Positions 20,312 through 36,080 of a stretch of 64,000 nt of DNA are shown here, piece by piece. Source of the stretch: Eledone cirrhosa (taxonomy: Eukaryota). Within the stretch, counting starts at the first letter, position 1. Each line of letters begins with the position of its first letter. The notes beneath the pieces are model-generated. The model did no database searches. It was not told the DNA's origin and worked only from the letters and a program-made list of their open reading frames with translations. Position numbers and translations under genes: made by a program. The DNA lies in the NCBI GenBank assembly GCA_964016885.1, contig OZ024746.1, forward strand, positions 55,986,001 to 56,050,000. Direction: 5' to 3'.

Positions 20312-21932
20312 ATATATATACCAGATAGAAAAATGCGTACACCAAAAAAAAGTAATATTGTTGGAATATAAACCTTTAAAAATACAGGACAAAAACTAAA
20401 ATAAAACTTTACAGTGGTGCTTTTCCGCTATTTTCTGTAGCCTTGCAAAGAGACTCTTCCCCTGTTTTTCCGGTTTTGTGCCTCGAATGGGCACTTTGTC
20501 CTTAATTTACGAATAAATGATTAATAAAAAATACTTGGGCAAAAATTATTGTATTACTTTGCACAGCTTTGTAGTGCCAACGGTGCGACGAGGATTCACA
20601 TCATTAGAGCCGACATGAACCGCCAATACTTTCACAAAAGGACAATAGATAACAATGTTGCCGATTAACATTACCTGGCCCTGACGGGCCCCAGGTATAC
20701 AAACTATCTAAGTATTTTTGTTGGTATGATAAGTAAATACATTTGAATTAATATTTTTATACCTTCTGGTCATTCGATGTCGCCACATTTCTAATTATTG
20801 ATTTGTAAAAACTGGGATGAATGTGAATTTGATCAGTCCAATTGCCCGATTTTAGTGAAAAATTTTGATTCGAAATGGAAATACTCCATTTCCGTGCCAT
20901 GGAAAAAATGAATAAGCCGATCAAAAAGCCGCGAAACATCATTTTTAATTGAGCTAAATTAGTGGATGCAAATCTCAGAAAATATTGTACACTATTCGCA
21001 CCTATGGCACTATTCGCACCTATCGGTACAAAAATATAGCGCACTATTCGCACCTATCGGTACAAAAATATAGCGCATTATTCGCACCTATCGGTACAAA
21101 AAATCGCACGACTGATAATAATACGAGAAGGGCAAACTATCTGTTGAATACCTGGTATATGAAGAGCAACCGACACGATCGGTTGGTGATCGGTCTTGAA
21201 GAAGAATGGAGAATGAAGTGAAATTTTGGTCTGCTTGTTGTCATCGGTGTTTCGCAGAGATGCCGGCACGAACAAAGGTCTCAGTGACACAAAGTTGTCC
21301 GCCCGCTTGAACAAAGGTGTCAGTCAGACAGATAGTCAGACAGTATCACAGTCGGTGCGACAGAGCGATCGATGCGATTAAAAAAAATTTAACTCACATG
21401 TTTACCTATATTTTCGCAAACTATTGATAGATTGGTACAAAAAATAGCTTTGATAATAAACATAATTTTTTAACGAAGTATTTAAAAAGCATTTTAGCAG
21501 TGAAAAGTGAAGTAATGTTCCACACTGACGCAAGTAGGGCCGTTCAGAAATGACGAAGTAAATTAGAAGGAGGGGATTCGGCGATTTGACTACATTTGAC
21601 TAACACAATCACCATCACAAGAGTTCCGCCGAAAAAAATTCGTCATTTCTGGATTACCTCCCATAGCGTCACACTTACTACTCACTCACTTGAACACAAG
21701 ATTTATCAGAAAACTTTGATTATAAACTTGTTCATGCTGGACCAAATTTCTAGATTTTTAAGGCAAAAGATGCGTAATGATCTACTGTTCATGCTCATAT
21801 AAGTTTTATCTCAGTTAAATAAAGTAGAGCCGCGCTGTACTGTCGTAAACAGACGATTGCCAACGAAAACACGACCACAACACTATTACTAACCGGACTA
21901 TCGTCCGTTTAGGATATATATATATGTATATA

Positions 21933-22055
<123 letters not shown>

Positions 22056-22057
22056 GC

Positions 22058-22311
<254 letters not shown>

Positions 22312-22340
22312 GTATATATATATATGTATAAATATATACG

Positions 22341-22493
<153 letters not shown>

Positions 22494-22494
22494 G

Positions 22495-22651
<157 letters not shown>

Positions 22652-22722
22652 GTATATATATATATGTATATATATATATGTATATATATATATGTATATA
22701 TATATATGTATATATATATACG

Positions 22723-22793
<71 letters not shown>

Positions 22794-22829
22794 GTATAAA
22801 TATATACGTATATATGTATAAATATATAC

Positions 22830-23310
22830 GTAACTTAACTTTGAATAACTTTGAAATGTTTTGGCCAGTATTGGCCCAGGCCATGTCTAACTTAATAGCA
22901 CCACCTGGCGAAGTCTTTCAATTCAGGATTTGGGCACCATGGCCCATTCGAGAAGAGAATTACTGTTTGCGGAGACATATCCGGGTGTGGGTGGTTTGTC
23001 CGGGATTACTTGAGGAATTTGTCCAAAGACTTCTTGAATTTTGTGTGGTCAGTTTTCTGTGTTTGACGTGTCCGGGTGTGATGTTGAAGAGAGCGAGGGC
23101 CTGAATTGAGGTTGAAATAATTGTGCGTATTGTTGTTATGAGTTGCGATTTAGATTTTTGAATGGGACGGATAGCACGGGGCCCAAGCCTTGGGTGTATC
23201 TTAGAAGGCGATGCCAACATCATTTGGGCAGTGATGATGGAACATTTTCCACATCATGCAGATAATATAACGCTCACGGCGACGTTGGAGTGAGTATATA
23301 TATATGGAGT
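22830..23310 (-). mobile_element. 3' fragment of CR1/Jockey-group LINE (duplicate of 6262-6722)
   Basis: Same sequence with extra small indels. Confidence 0.85.
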
Positions 23311-23312
23311 GA

Positions 23313-23405
<93 letters not shown>

Positions 23406-23425
23406 CATATATATATATATATGTA

Positions 23426-23540
<115 letters not shown>

Positions 23541-23541
23541 G

Positions 23542-23591
<50 letters not shown>

Positions 23592-23646
23592 ATATATATG
23601 TATATATATATATAAATGTATATATATATATGTATATATATATATG

Positions 23647-23731
<85 letters not shown>

Positions 23732-23750
23732 GTATATATATATATTTATG

Positions 23751-23785
<35 letters not shown>

Positions 23786-23786
23786 G

Positions 23787-23818
<32 letters not shown>

Positions 23819-23830
23819 TGTATATATATG

Positions 23831-23863
<33 letters not shown>

Positions 23864-23864
23864 G

Positions 23865-23895
<31 letters not shown>

Positions 23896-23906
23896 GTATA
23901 TATATG

Positions 23907-23939
<33 letters not shown>

Positions 23940-23940
23940 G

Positions 23941-23973
<33 letters not shown>

Positions 23974-23974
23974 G

Positions 23975-24120
<146 letters not shown>

Positions 24121-24133
24121 ATATATATATATG

Positions 24134-24214
<81 letters not shown>

Positions 24215-24219
24215 GTATA

Positions 24220-24259
<40 letters not shown>

Positions 24260-24279
24260 ATATATATATGTATATATAT

Positions 24280-24372
<93 letters not shown>

Positions 24373-24402
24373 TGTATATATTATATATATATATATATAT
24401 GT

Positions 24403-24453
<51 letters not shown>

Positions 24454-24491
24454 GTATATATATATAATATGTATATATATATATATATGTA

Positions 24492-24597
<106 letters not shown>

Positions 24598-24628
24598 TAT
24601 GTATATATATATATATATGTATATGTAT

Positions 24629-24758
<130 letters not shown>

Positions 24759-24776
24759 TTATATATATGTATATAT

Positions 24777-24808
<32 letters not shown>

Positions 24809-24827
24809 GTATATATATATGTATATG

Positions 24828-24884
<57 letters not shown>

Positions 24885-24888
24885 GTAT

Positions 24889-24938
<50 letters not shown>

Positions 24939-24973
24939 GTATATATATCTATATATATATATGTATATATATC

Positions 24974-25004
<31 letters not shown>

Positions 25005-25117
25005 GTATATATATCTATATATATATATGTATATATATCTATATATATATATGTATATATATCTATATATATATATGTATATATATCTATATATATATAT
25101 ATATATGTATATATATC

Positions 25118-25148
<31 letters not shown>

Positions 25149-25153
25149 GTATC

Positions 25154-25184
<31 letters not shown>

Positions 25185-25298
25185 GTATCTATATATATAT
25201 GTATGTATATATATATATGTATATATATATATGTATCTATATATATATGTATATATATATATGTATCTATATATATATGTATGTATATATATATATAT

Positions 25299-28200
25299 AG
25301 GAACAAGTAAGACACCGACGGCTGAGCTCAAGCCGTTTCGACGGCTAATTCTGGACCGAATGAAAATTGATTCTGGTATTTAAATAGCCGAGCTTATCAA
25401 GGGGTAATTCCATATATGGTCAAAGAGACAATCACCAGAATTGGTCACATCACAAGTTAATAGTAAATCGGTGATGGCAAATTGGTGGAGGAAGGGGTAG
25501 CTAAACCTGCCGGTAGGAGAAAAAGGGAGAGGGGGTGGAGTAGACCCATTCATGCGTTTGTAATGCCGGCTACAGCTGGGCGTGAGGTCAAATGGAGACA
25601 GGGGAGGGGGAGGGGGAGGAATTCGAAACGGTAAGTAGAACAATGAGTGGTAAAACTATCAACAGTACTGAGTGAGAAAAAAAATAAGCAAAGTCTGGTT
25701 ACTAAGACTTAAGTCTCTCGCTATTGCTAGGCTAAAGAAATACATAAATAAATAAATAAACAAATAAGTGAATAAAAGAATAAATAAATAAATTTAAAAA
25801 TAATGAAGAATAAAATACTAAAGAGACTGCCACGAAATAATAAAGGTGTCTACCCAAATCACAGGGCCAGCAACCACCCAGTGCAAGAAAGTAAACTAGT
25901 ACGAGAATATAATTTAGGGTCCCGCAAACAAATACTAGTGCTTACTCTAAGGGTACCGCCACGAAACGAAAAGTCTTATACAAGCTACATGAAAGATCGT
26001 ACGAAGTAAAAGTAAAGAACGGAAAATTAATATAGACCCTCCCCCCCCCAAAAAAAAAGGGAAAAAGAAGAAAGAAATACTGGATAAACGAGAAATTAAG
26101 GCAAAGATGCCATTAAGAAATATAGAAGGCACGGAAAAAAGGGACAGCGGTCGGAGAAGGGGGCAAGTATCCGAAGTCTAACACCGCTGCTATAAAAAGC
26201 GGAGTCAGCCAAATCTATCATAGAATAGGGGAAGGGGGTGGGAGTGTTGAAGCTACAAGGGACCGAGGGGCTACCTCGGGTGGGCGAGAAAAAGACGACG
26301 ACAAAGAAAACGGACTGGGGTAGAAGGACTAGGGAGGGATGGGGGAAGAAGGAAATATAGAGAAGCGATAAAAGAATGTAAAAGAAGATCTTACCTCTCC
26401 ATAGGCAAGCAGGGGTTACCCAATACAAAATAGGCAAGTGGGGTGTTATAGCCCTAGTCTACCACCCCGGGTCATTATGGGGTTTGAGGGCGAGGTAAGT
26501 CATACGTAATCGGTGTTTACATGCAGTAACCAGTTCATCTTTCTTGTTTAGGAGTTGGTCCGTCGAAAACAACATTTGTAAAGTTTCCCCCGAGCATAAA
26601 TTGCACGGACGGCGTCCTCCCGTGTAAGAGTTGGCTCTGGACAGTAATTTCCAAGTGAAATCATAATTGATGTTGTTGTCCTTGAGGTCTCATATGTGGC
26701 CCGAAAGTGTAGTGGCGGGACGCCGGGCCGGGTTTCGGAAGGTATGTCTGTGTTGGTATAGCCGGGTCTTGAAGTCACATGCGGTTAATCCTATATAAGC
26801 TTTGTTGGAGGTGTCCGTGCTCACGTTGCACTGGTAGATCACATTACGGTCTCTGCATCTGTTGTCGAGGGGGCAACTGGATCTATCAGGAGAATTGCAC
26901 CTCCTGGTCGGCTCTCCACTGCTATTTGGGTTGTTTCTTCCATCGGGGTTGAGTTTTTTGTTGTTGGAGGAGACGATGTTTTGTGCGAAGTTAGGTGTAG
27001 TGCTGTAAGAGAGTGTGATGGTATTTTGGTTAATTATGTTGTGGTAGCGGTGTTGTGGTGGGAAGTGTTTTTCAATGAGCCTAAAGAAAATTTTCCCGAT
27101 GGGAGTTGTCACCTCGGCGTTGTGGGGATGATTGAACCATGTTACATTGCGTGAGCGGCGGTGTCGCCTGCTGGTTCCGCTAATGGGAGCTGGACAGTAG
27201 GATATTTCCTCCCGGAAACCACTCCGCTTGAGGGCCTGGTTGTAGTAAGGCGCATGTTCATCGAATATCTTCTCATTAGCTGACAAACGGGATATGCGGA
27301 GGGAGATGTTTTTGACCAGGTTGTTGGTGATGTTCCTAGGATGGTTAGATCGGCGGTGCATGGAGTGCAGGTTGTCATTGGGTTTCCTGTATGGATAGTA
27401 CAGGTCATTATTAAGATCAAGGGTAACGTCCAGGAAATTAAATCGGGTCAGGGACGTTTGTAGGGTTATTTTAAATCCCCAGTCGCGGAAGAAGCTGATT
27501 AATTGTTTACGGACCCGATCTGTACTACTGGGGTTGTACCCTTTAAGGGTAAGGAGCCCATCATCACGGTACAAACCACCACCGAAAGCAGGAAACATAT
27601 CGGTGAGTTTGGCTATAAGGAATAATCCTATAAGATCTGTGACCTCCGCCGAATCCGTCGCGCCCATGCTGACGTCGAAGGGATGAGTCGGGAGCTCTTT
27701 TTATCCATTTGGAGTTGTCAAAGAGTAAGACTGTCTTCCTGGCGTGGAGGAGGATTTTTCTTTCCTGGTCGGTGATGGGCACAAGTGCTTCGGCGAAGTC
27801 CAAGGCGGCAGTAAGTAGCGGTAAGGTGATTGAAGCAGAGTAGCTCTCTATGTCGAACTGGATAAATTTAGTATCTCGTTTATCCTCCATATTGCTGAAC
27901 CATGAGATAACTTCCTGGGTGTTGATCCATAGGCTAAGTCGGGCGTCTTGCTTGACATTTGGTATCACGCGGTCTAGGATTTTTTTGCTGATTCTCCCTA
28001 TGTCGGACTTCATTGGGTTTATAAGCCTGATAGATTTTTTAATTTGTTTATCTATTCTTTTATTCACTTATTTATTTATTTATTTATTTATGTATTTCTT
28101 TAGCCTAGCAATAGCGAGAGACTTAAGTCTTAGTAACCAGACTTTGCTTATTTTTTTTTCTCTCTCAGTACTGTTTATAGTTTTACCCCTCATTGTTCTA

Positions 28201-28615
28201 CTTACCGTTTCGAATTCCCCATCTTCCCCCTCCCCAGTCTCCATTTGACCTCACGCCCAGCTGTAGCCGGCACTACCAACGCATGAATGGGTCTACTCCA
28301 CTCCCTTCCCTTTTTCTCCTACCGGCAGGTTTAGCTACCCCTTCCCCCACCAATTTGCCATCTCCGATTTACTACTAACTTGTGACGTGACCAATCCTGG
28401 TGATTGTCTCTTTGATCATTTATGGAATTATCCCTTGATAAGCTCGGCTATTTAAATACCAGAATAAATTTTCATTCAGTCCAGAATTAGCCGTCCGAAC
28501 GGCTTGAGCTCAGCCGTCGGGGTCTTACTTGTTCCTATTACCCACTCTACTACCCTAAGTATTGAGTAATTTGGTGCGTTATGGTCCACCTGGTTCCTTA
28601 CCACATTTCCTTCGT
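25299..28615 (-). mobile_element. Naiad-like PLE, 5'-truncated with inverted pLTR
   Basis: RLINPMKSDIGRISK, IQFDIESY, MGATDSAEVTDLIGL, GGLYRDDGL, FLDVTLDL, CPLDNRC, VIYQC..YIGLT and LNKKDELVTACKH. 28033-28540 is the reverse complement of 25299-25800. Degenerate HHR at 25312-25405. Confidence 0.92.
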
Positions 28616-28899
28616 TATATATGTATATATATATGTATATATATATGTATGTATATATATATGTATATATATATGTATGTATATATGTATGTATATAAAT
28701 ATGTATGTATATATGTATGTATATATATATGTATATATATATATATATATATGTATGTATATATATATGTATATTTATATGTATGTATATATGTATGTAT
28801 ATATATATGTATATATATATATGTATATTTATATGTATGTATATATGTATGTATATATATATATGCATATATATATGTATGTGTATATATATATGTATG

Positions 28900-28930
<31 letters not shown>

Positions 28931-28964
28931 GTGTATGTATATATATATGTATATATATATATAT

Positions 28965-29040
28965 ACATAGGCAGAATTATACATATATATATATACATAG
29001 GCAGAATTATATTTATATATATACATAGGCAGAATTATAT
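28965..29040. repeat. Three tandem ACATAGGCAGAATTAT units separated by TA
   Basis: Direct reading. Confidence 0.8.
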
Positions 29041-29067
29041 ATATATATATATATATAGATAGATAAA

Positions 29068-31170
29068 TATACACGGGTGTGTATGATTGTGTACAGAAGA
29101 TTATATTAATAAAAGGAATTCCAACTTTAACTGATTTACTCGTTTTATTTACAATCCTTTAACATTTATAATGGTATTATAATGAAATAGTATGGTAGAA
29201 TATTAAATGTTAAGTGTTAATTGAACATGCTTTCGCAATCTTCAGGTTCATATTGTGTGGTGACAGTCAAGTTTGCAATTTTCAACTGTAATGAGATGGG
29301 TATATTGTGTGCCTTATATACAGTGAAAATTGGCTCCATAAAAGTGGCTCTTGCAAACTGGATTTCGACCAATCGGTGTGAAAAATAGTACTAACAAAAA
29401 ATGGAAAAATAATATACATAATACAAAAAATTGGACAAAATACATAACGAAACTAAATATAATATCACGACAAAAAGTTCATCAAGCAAACACCAACAGG
29501 AATATAAATCCTGAACAGAGAAAAATCCATGTTTTAACGTCAGGACAACAAAAACCGGGAAAAGAAAAACTCCAGGACGAAACATATCCAACACAACTGT
29601 ACACGTAGATCATAAAATAATTAATTTATCCAAAAGAGATCTTGACAATGATGAAATGCTAATTCTGTCAAAAGGACTGAAATTCACTCTGACTCCAACA
29701 GTCAACCACCAAGAACTGAATGAGGATACCCAAGAATTCTGTCGAAAATTACGTCTTGTAGAATTCTTCGCTGATAAAAGTAATGAGAGTGATGAATCAC
29801 TAGTAAAGAATAAATCAAATTGCTCTCTGCCAAAATGAAGAAATATCTATCTCGACCAATACATTGACATCCTGTCTAAATGTCCTCTTAGCCGTAATAC
29901 TAATGCTAGGCCAAACATTAAAAAATCAGAAATGTCTGCACTTAAACGTATACAAAATGATAAAACAATAATAATTAAACAAGCAGATAAAGGGGCTGCA
30001 GTTGTTATAATGGATGCTGAATACTACAAAGATTTGGTTGCGGAATAACTGAAAGACACAACATTCTATCATGAAATACCGTCAAATATAGACCACAACA
30101 TCATGAAGAAGATCAACAACCTGGCTTCAAAATACCACAACTCACTTACTGATAAGGAAAGAGACTACATCACTAATCTTGAGCCAAAAGCCAGCAACCT
30201 GTATGGCCTACTGAAAGTTTATATGTCAAAAGAAATCCAACTGGCAGTAAAAGAACAAAACAGTGAGTACATTAAATTACTGCACCCAAAAGACTTAAAA
30301 CTTAGACCTATTATAGCTAGTCCAACATGCCCCACCCACCGTCTAAGCAATTTTGTTGACATTATTTTGGAACCACTACGTATTCACATACCCAGTTTCA
30401 TCCGGGATGATCTCGACTTCCTGTCCCATCTTCCCCAAACCACGGAAACGAATTCACTTCTACTTAGTTTTGAAGTGGTAAGCCTTTACACCAACATTAC
30501 ACATGATTTAGGAATAAAGGCGGTTAAATACTGGGTGGAAAAACATAGATAAGTGATTCCCATCAGATTCAGAGCGCCATTTATATTAGACGCAGTTAAA
30601 CTTATTCTGGAAAACAACACTTTCTTCTTCAATGGAAAGAATTACATCCAAATTAGAGGCACAGCGATGGGAACGAAATTTGCTCCCGTTTACGCGAACT
30701 CTGTAATGGGATACTTAGAACAACAACTCTACCAAGAAATCGAGGAAAATATTGCACTGACTTTAGAAAGTACATTGAAAAATCTTGGAAGAGATACCTT
30801 GAAGACTGTTTCATCATCTGGACAAAATCTCTAGATACTCTGCATGAGTTCAATATCCTCCTGAATAACCTACACCCATCTCTCCAATTCACAAAAGAGA
30901 TGAGTAGTATATAATGATAATCAAAAACGATACATATTATAAACACACAGACACCCATCAATATCTGCATTTTAAGTCGTGCCATCCACCTCATACAAAA
31001 CGCAACATCCCATACTGCCTAGCCAGAAGAATGTGTACCATTGTAGAAGATACGAATACCAGGTACAAACGCTTAACAGAACTAAGAGAATTTTTGCTCA
31101 AACAAAAATACCCATTTCTACCTATAGAAAATGGCATACAGCGATTACAAATACAAATTAAAAAAAATAA
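29068..31170 (+). mobile_element. Neptune-like PLE remnant (RT, no endonuclease seen) with 5' inverted pLTR
   Basis: [68 protein letters not shown] and YKHTDTHQYLHFKSCHPPHTKRNIPY. 29105-29228 matches the reverse complement of 52565-52690. Confidence 0.85.
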
Positions 31171-31673
31171 AAATAAAAATAAACATGAAGATAAACAAGT
31201 GGTGCAAGAGTGTGGGGCGTGTAGGGATGGTGGCGGGTGGAGTGTAGAGAGGGAGGCAGGGTGGCCGAGCGGGGAGGGCAGAAGGTGGTGTACGTGTGTA
31301 GGTGTAGGTGTGTGTTTGTGTGTATGTCAATGTGAGAGTTGGGGGAAGAACGAGGTTCCATGTTCAGGAAAACGGGTATGTGGGGGTGGGTTATAGATCG
31401 GTGTGTTTGTGCGTTAAAATGGGAGGGGTGGGGTAGAGGGGTAGGGGAGGGGGAGAGGATTCCAGAGGCTGAAGGTGTATATATGTGGGGGTACGCACGT
31501 GTGTGTTGGTGTTTATATATATAAATACATGTATATATATATATATGTATAGTATTGAAGACTCCAAACCTCGGTTTGGAAGAAAGAATTGTAAGCAAAT
31601 AAATGATTTAAACAGAACTTTGATTCATGTAATCTCTATATATATGTATATATATATATATATACATGTATAT

Positions 31674-31717
<44 letters not shown>

Positions 31718-31721
<4 letters not shown>

Positions 31722-31870
31722 AAGGCGGGTAACATTCCCGAGATCCATGGACGAGTTCTCTCCAGCAGTCTCTGTCCCTCATTATCGCTGCCATGTCCTG
31801 CGTCTCCAACAGACCAGTGTCTGTCCTTAGGGCATCAACATAAGTTAACCTTACTCTTCCTCTTCTAGTG
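31718..31870 (-). mobile_element. RTE 3' end fragment
   Basis: Same family as 9053-9240. Confidence 0.75.
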
Positions 31871-32126
31871 TATATTTACTCCAATAAATTGTTGAGTGCT
31901 TTATAACAGTTATACAAATATTTTGCTTGTTGTATCCCAACAAATTGAATATATATGTAGAGGTACAACCGTACTAAGAGTGGGAAATGACATTTCGTTT
32001 CATTTTTTCCATTTATCCATTTCCGTGCACCCGGCCGATTAAACCACTCGATATACAAGTTGAGCTACACAGCCGTTAATATGCATAGGGTAAGTATATA
32101 CGTTCAACAATCTGGCAGGAAGGTTT

Positions 32127-32169
32127 ACGTTGCTGAGGATAGCTAATAAGCTTGAAACTAGTACAACGT
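32127..32169 (+). ncRNA. Minimal type I hammerhead ribozyme
   Basis: ACGTTG-CTGAGGA-T-AGCT-AATA-AGCT-T-GAAA-CTAG-TA^-CAACGT. Confidence 0.85.
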
Positions 32170-32546
32170 TCCTTTGTCTGTGTTGAACAAACGAGCAACG
32201 ATGGTTGCTAGACACTACGGCTTAATACGGGATGTTTGTTTACAAACACACCGAGCATTATAATAAATGTTCGGTGAATCCACACGTACATATATATATG
32301 TGTGCATGTATGTATATATATATACATACTACTCTACGTCTGTATACATATATGTATGTACGTGTAATTACTTATATTTAAGTAACAGCCGTACTAAGTG
32401 TGGGAAATTAATTTTCGTTTCATTTTTTCCATTTATCCTTTTCGGTGAGCCCGGCCGATTAACCCACTCGATATGCAAATTGGGCTACTCAGATGTTAAT
32501 AATCATAAGGTAAGTATATACGTTCAACAATCTGTCAGGATGGTAT

Positions 32547-32589
32547 ACGTTGCTGAGGATAGCTAATAAGCTTGAAACTAGTACAGCGT
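32547..32589 (+). ncRNA. Minimal type I hammerhead ribozyme (second unit)
   Basis: Identical core exactly 420 bp downstream; stem I ACGTTG/CAGCGT contains a G-U wobble. Confidence 0.85.
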
Positions 32590-32859
32590 TCCTTTGTCTG
32601 TGTTGAACAAACGAGTAACGATGGTTGCTAGACACTACGGCTTAATGCGTGATGTTTGTTTACAAACACACCGAGCATTATAATAAATGTTCGGTCACTC
32701 CATACGTAGATATATATATGTGTGCATGTATGTATATATATATATACATACTACCGTACGTCTGTATACATATGTGTATGTACGTGTACATACTCATATA
32801 TAAGTAACAGCCGTACTCAGAGTGGGAAATGAAATTTCGTTTCATTTTTTCCATTTATA

Positions 32860-32914
<55 letters not shown>

Positions 32915-32974
32915 GTATTTATGTATATATACATTTATGTATATATACATGTATTTATGTATATATATATACAT

Positions 32975-33432
32975 GTCAAAGGGCAAAAGAGCTCTTAAGA
33001 GTCAATGGCCATCCAAAATCACCGTGAGAGATGACCCTTTAGCCTTTGTCAAGGTAGAATTCTAGGAGAAGGAAAACTCTGATATAACACCTGAAACTCT
33101 GATGGTATCCAATTATGTTGACTTGTTCTTCTTTTTGGTAAATATTATTTGGTTAAGAGAGTGGGACTGGCTTTGTGCAGTGCCTTTGCTCACTATAAAA
33201 GCTTCACGGCACAGGCATTGCTTTATATCTAGAGATCTCTCTGCATTTGTCGTCACCTGGTACCATGGGCCCAGCACTCTGTGTCAATAATTGTGACAAG
33301 TGTAGTGTTTGTACAAGAGTTTTCAAGTCGCTGGCTGGACTAAAAAGTCACACTCGTTCAGCGCATCGGTAGGAGTTCTCCTGCATGGATATAAATTAGA
33401 GGCCGTACTCGAAAACGAGTTGGCAGCAACCA
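32975..33432 (+). mobile_element. Short RTE-derived element (5'-like part joined to 3' end with C2H2 finger)
   Basis: 33301-33372 encodes [23 protein letters not shown], a C2H2 finger like the C-terminus of RTE/BovB ORFs. CTAGGAGAAGGAAAACTCTGA lies upstream. Confidence 0.55.
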
Positions 33433-33584
33433 TATATATATACATGTATATATATATACATGTATATATATGTATATATATATACATGTATATATATGTA
33501 TATATATGTACATGTATATATATGTATATATATATATAGATGTATACCAATACATGTATATATATATATGTATATATATATATG

Positions 33585-33631
<47 letters not shown>

Positions 33632-33696
33632 ATATATATATGTATATATATATATGTATATATATGTATATATATATATATATGTATATATGTATA

Positions 33697-33772
<76 letters not shown>

Positions 33773-33775
<3 letters not shown>

Positions 33776-33872
33776 AAGGCGGGTAAAATTCCCGAGATCC
33801 ATGGACGAGTTCTCTCCAGCGGTCTCTGTTCCTCATTATCGCTGCCATATCCTGCATCTCTAACAGACCAGT
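33773..33872 (-). mobile_element. RTE 3' end fragment
   Basis: Same family as 9053-9240. Confidence 0.75.
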
Positions 33873-33881
33873 GTATATATG

Positions 33882-33912
<31 letters not shown>

Positions 33913-34003
33913 TTGTATATATATATATGTATGTATATATATATGTATATATATATATATTTGTATATATATATATGTATGTATATATATATGTATATAT
34001 ATG

Positions 34004-34038
<35 letters not shown>

Positions 34039-34041
34039 TTA

Positions 34042-34080
<39 letters not shown>

Positions 34081-34285
34081 TTATATATGTATATATATAT
34101 ATATACATATATGTATACATACATTTATATATGTATATATATATATATATGTATACATATATGTATATATACATGTATATATATATACATGTATATATAT
34201 ATACATGTATATATATATACATGTATATATATATACATGTATATATATATATATGTATATATATATATGTATATATATGTATATA

Positions 34286-36080
34286 TGGCCCTCTAATTGA
34301 TGAAAATGGCACTCTTCAAGACAATGCTAAAACCATGGGTGAGATACTGCATAAACAATACTGCTCTGTTTTCAGCAATCCTGATATGGCCAATCTGGGC
34401 TGTATCGGCGATGTTACTCCCCATTACACCTTATCGGACATAACGTTTGGCGCCCCTGATGTCCAAGCGGCAATAAAGGAAATCAAGCATAATTCAGCAG
34501 TAGGTCCCGATAGGTTCCCTGCTTGTGTCTTGAAGGCGTTTCAAAACCAACTTGCATCTCCTCTTGCCAATCTGTGGCGGAACTCACTGGATGCTGGATA
34601 TGTGCCAGAAAACCTTCTATCCCAGTCTGTTGTCCAAGTTTTCAAAAAAGGAAACAAATCCCATGCCGTGAATTACCGTAACATCTCACTCACCTCTCAT
34701 ATCATTAAGGTATTTGAGATAGTGGTGAGATTGCGAATGACTCACTTCCTTGAGAGTAACAATATGCTGAACTCCAAACAGCATGGATTCGGTAATGGAA
34801 GGGATTATCTGACGCAGCTACTGCATCACTTTGATGACATTTTGAGAGCCTTGGGAGAGGGTTCCAACACTGATGTTATTTTCCTTGATGAAATCAAGGC
34901 CTTTGACAGGGTTGATCACAACATTCTACTGAGAAAGCTGTCCAATATTGGTGCCACTGGAAAGCTGCTGCAGTGGATCAATAGCTTCCTGTCAAACAGA
35001 ACCCAACATGTTGTAGTCGAAGGAGTCAAATACAGCCCAGCCAAAGTCAGTAGTGGGGTCCCACAAGGCACTGTGTTGGGCCCACTTCTCTTATTCATCT
35101 ATATTAATAACATCACTGACATCATCAAACACAGCAACATTAGAATTTTGGCTGATGATTCCAAGCTCGAAAAGGTCACCAATGGCGTGGATGACCGGAT
35201 AAGCCTTCAGTCAGACCTACTGGCTGTTACTCAATGGGCGGAAAAGAACAACATGTTACTGAACGAAGACAAATTCGAACTGATCTACTTTGGAAAAGGG
35301 GATGCTCTGAAACTCCCGTACACCCTTCACTCTGGTGAAACTCTCGTGGCATCTAACAACATCAGAGACTTGGGTGTAACCGTGGACAGCAACATAAGCT
35401 GGGCCACGCATATAAGCAGCAAAGTTGACATGGCCCGCAGAATGTGTTCCTGGATCCTCAGAACCTTCCAGTCGTGAGATTCCCACACCATTATCCTTCT
35501 CTTCTCCACTTTTGCCCGACCACACCTTGAATACTGTTGTCCACTGTGGTCTCCCCTCACGAAACAAAGTATTATGAAACTTGAAGCTCCCCAAAGGGCA
35601 ATAAGGAAAAAGATAGATTGCATGTCAGACCATGACTACTGGGGTCGACTAGAAAAGCTGAAACTTTACTCACTCCAACGTCGCCGTGAGCGTTATATTA
35701 TCTGCATGGTGTGGAAAATGTTTCATCAGCACTGCCCAAATGATGTTGGCATCACCTTCAAAATACACCCAAGGCTTGGGCCCCGTGCTATCCGTCCCAA
35801 ACAAAAATCTAAATCTCAACTCATAACAGCAATACGGCACGATTATTTCACCTCAATTGGCCCGGCTCTCTTCAACATCACACCAGGACACGTCAAAACA
35901 GAAACTGACCACACAAAATTCAAGAAGTCTTTGGACAAATTCCTCCAAGTAACCCCGGACAAACCACCCACACCCGGATATGTCTCCGCAAACATTAATT
36001 CCCTTCTCGAAGGGGCCATGGTGCCCTAATCCTGAATTGAAAGATTTCGCCAGGTGGTACTATTAAGTTAGACATGGCCT
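34286..36080 (+). mobile_element. 5'-truncated CR1/Jockey-group LINE (RT domain, one in-frame stop)
   Basis: [52 protein letters not shown] and [10 protein letters not shown]. Confidence 0.93.

Larger units (their letters stand above)
31945..32858 (+). mobile_element. Tandem 420-bp HHR-bearing repeat (non-LTR retrozyme-like / tandem pLTR), ~2.2 units
   Basis: CCGTACTAAGAGTGGGAAAT-like motif recurs at ~31969, ~32389 and ~32811. One HHR per full unit, no coding potential. Confidence 0.85.

Noticed and set aside
25312-25405. Active hammerhead in this Naiad copy
   Set aside because: Stems and GAAA..GTC are present but the core reads TTGATAA in both pLTR copies, so it is treated as degenerate.
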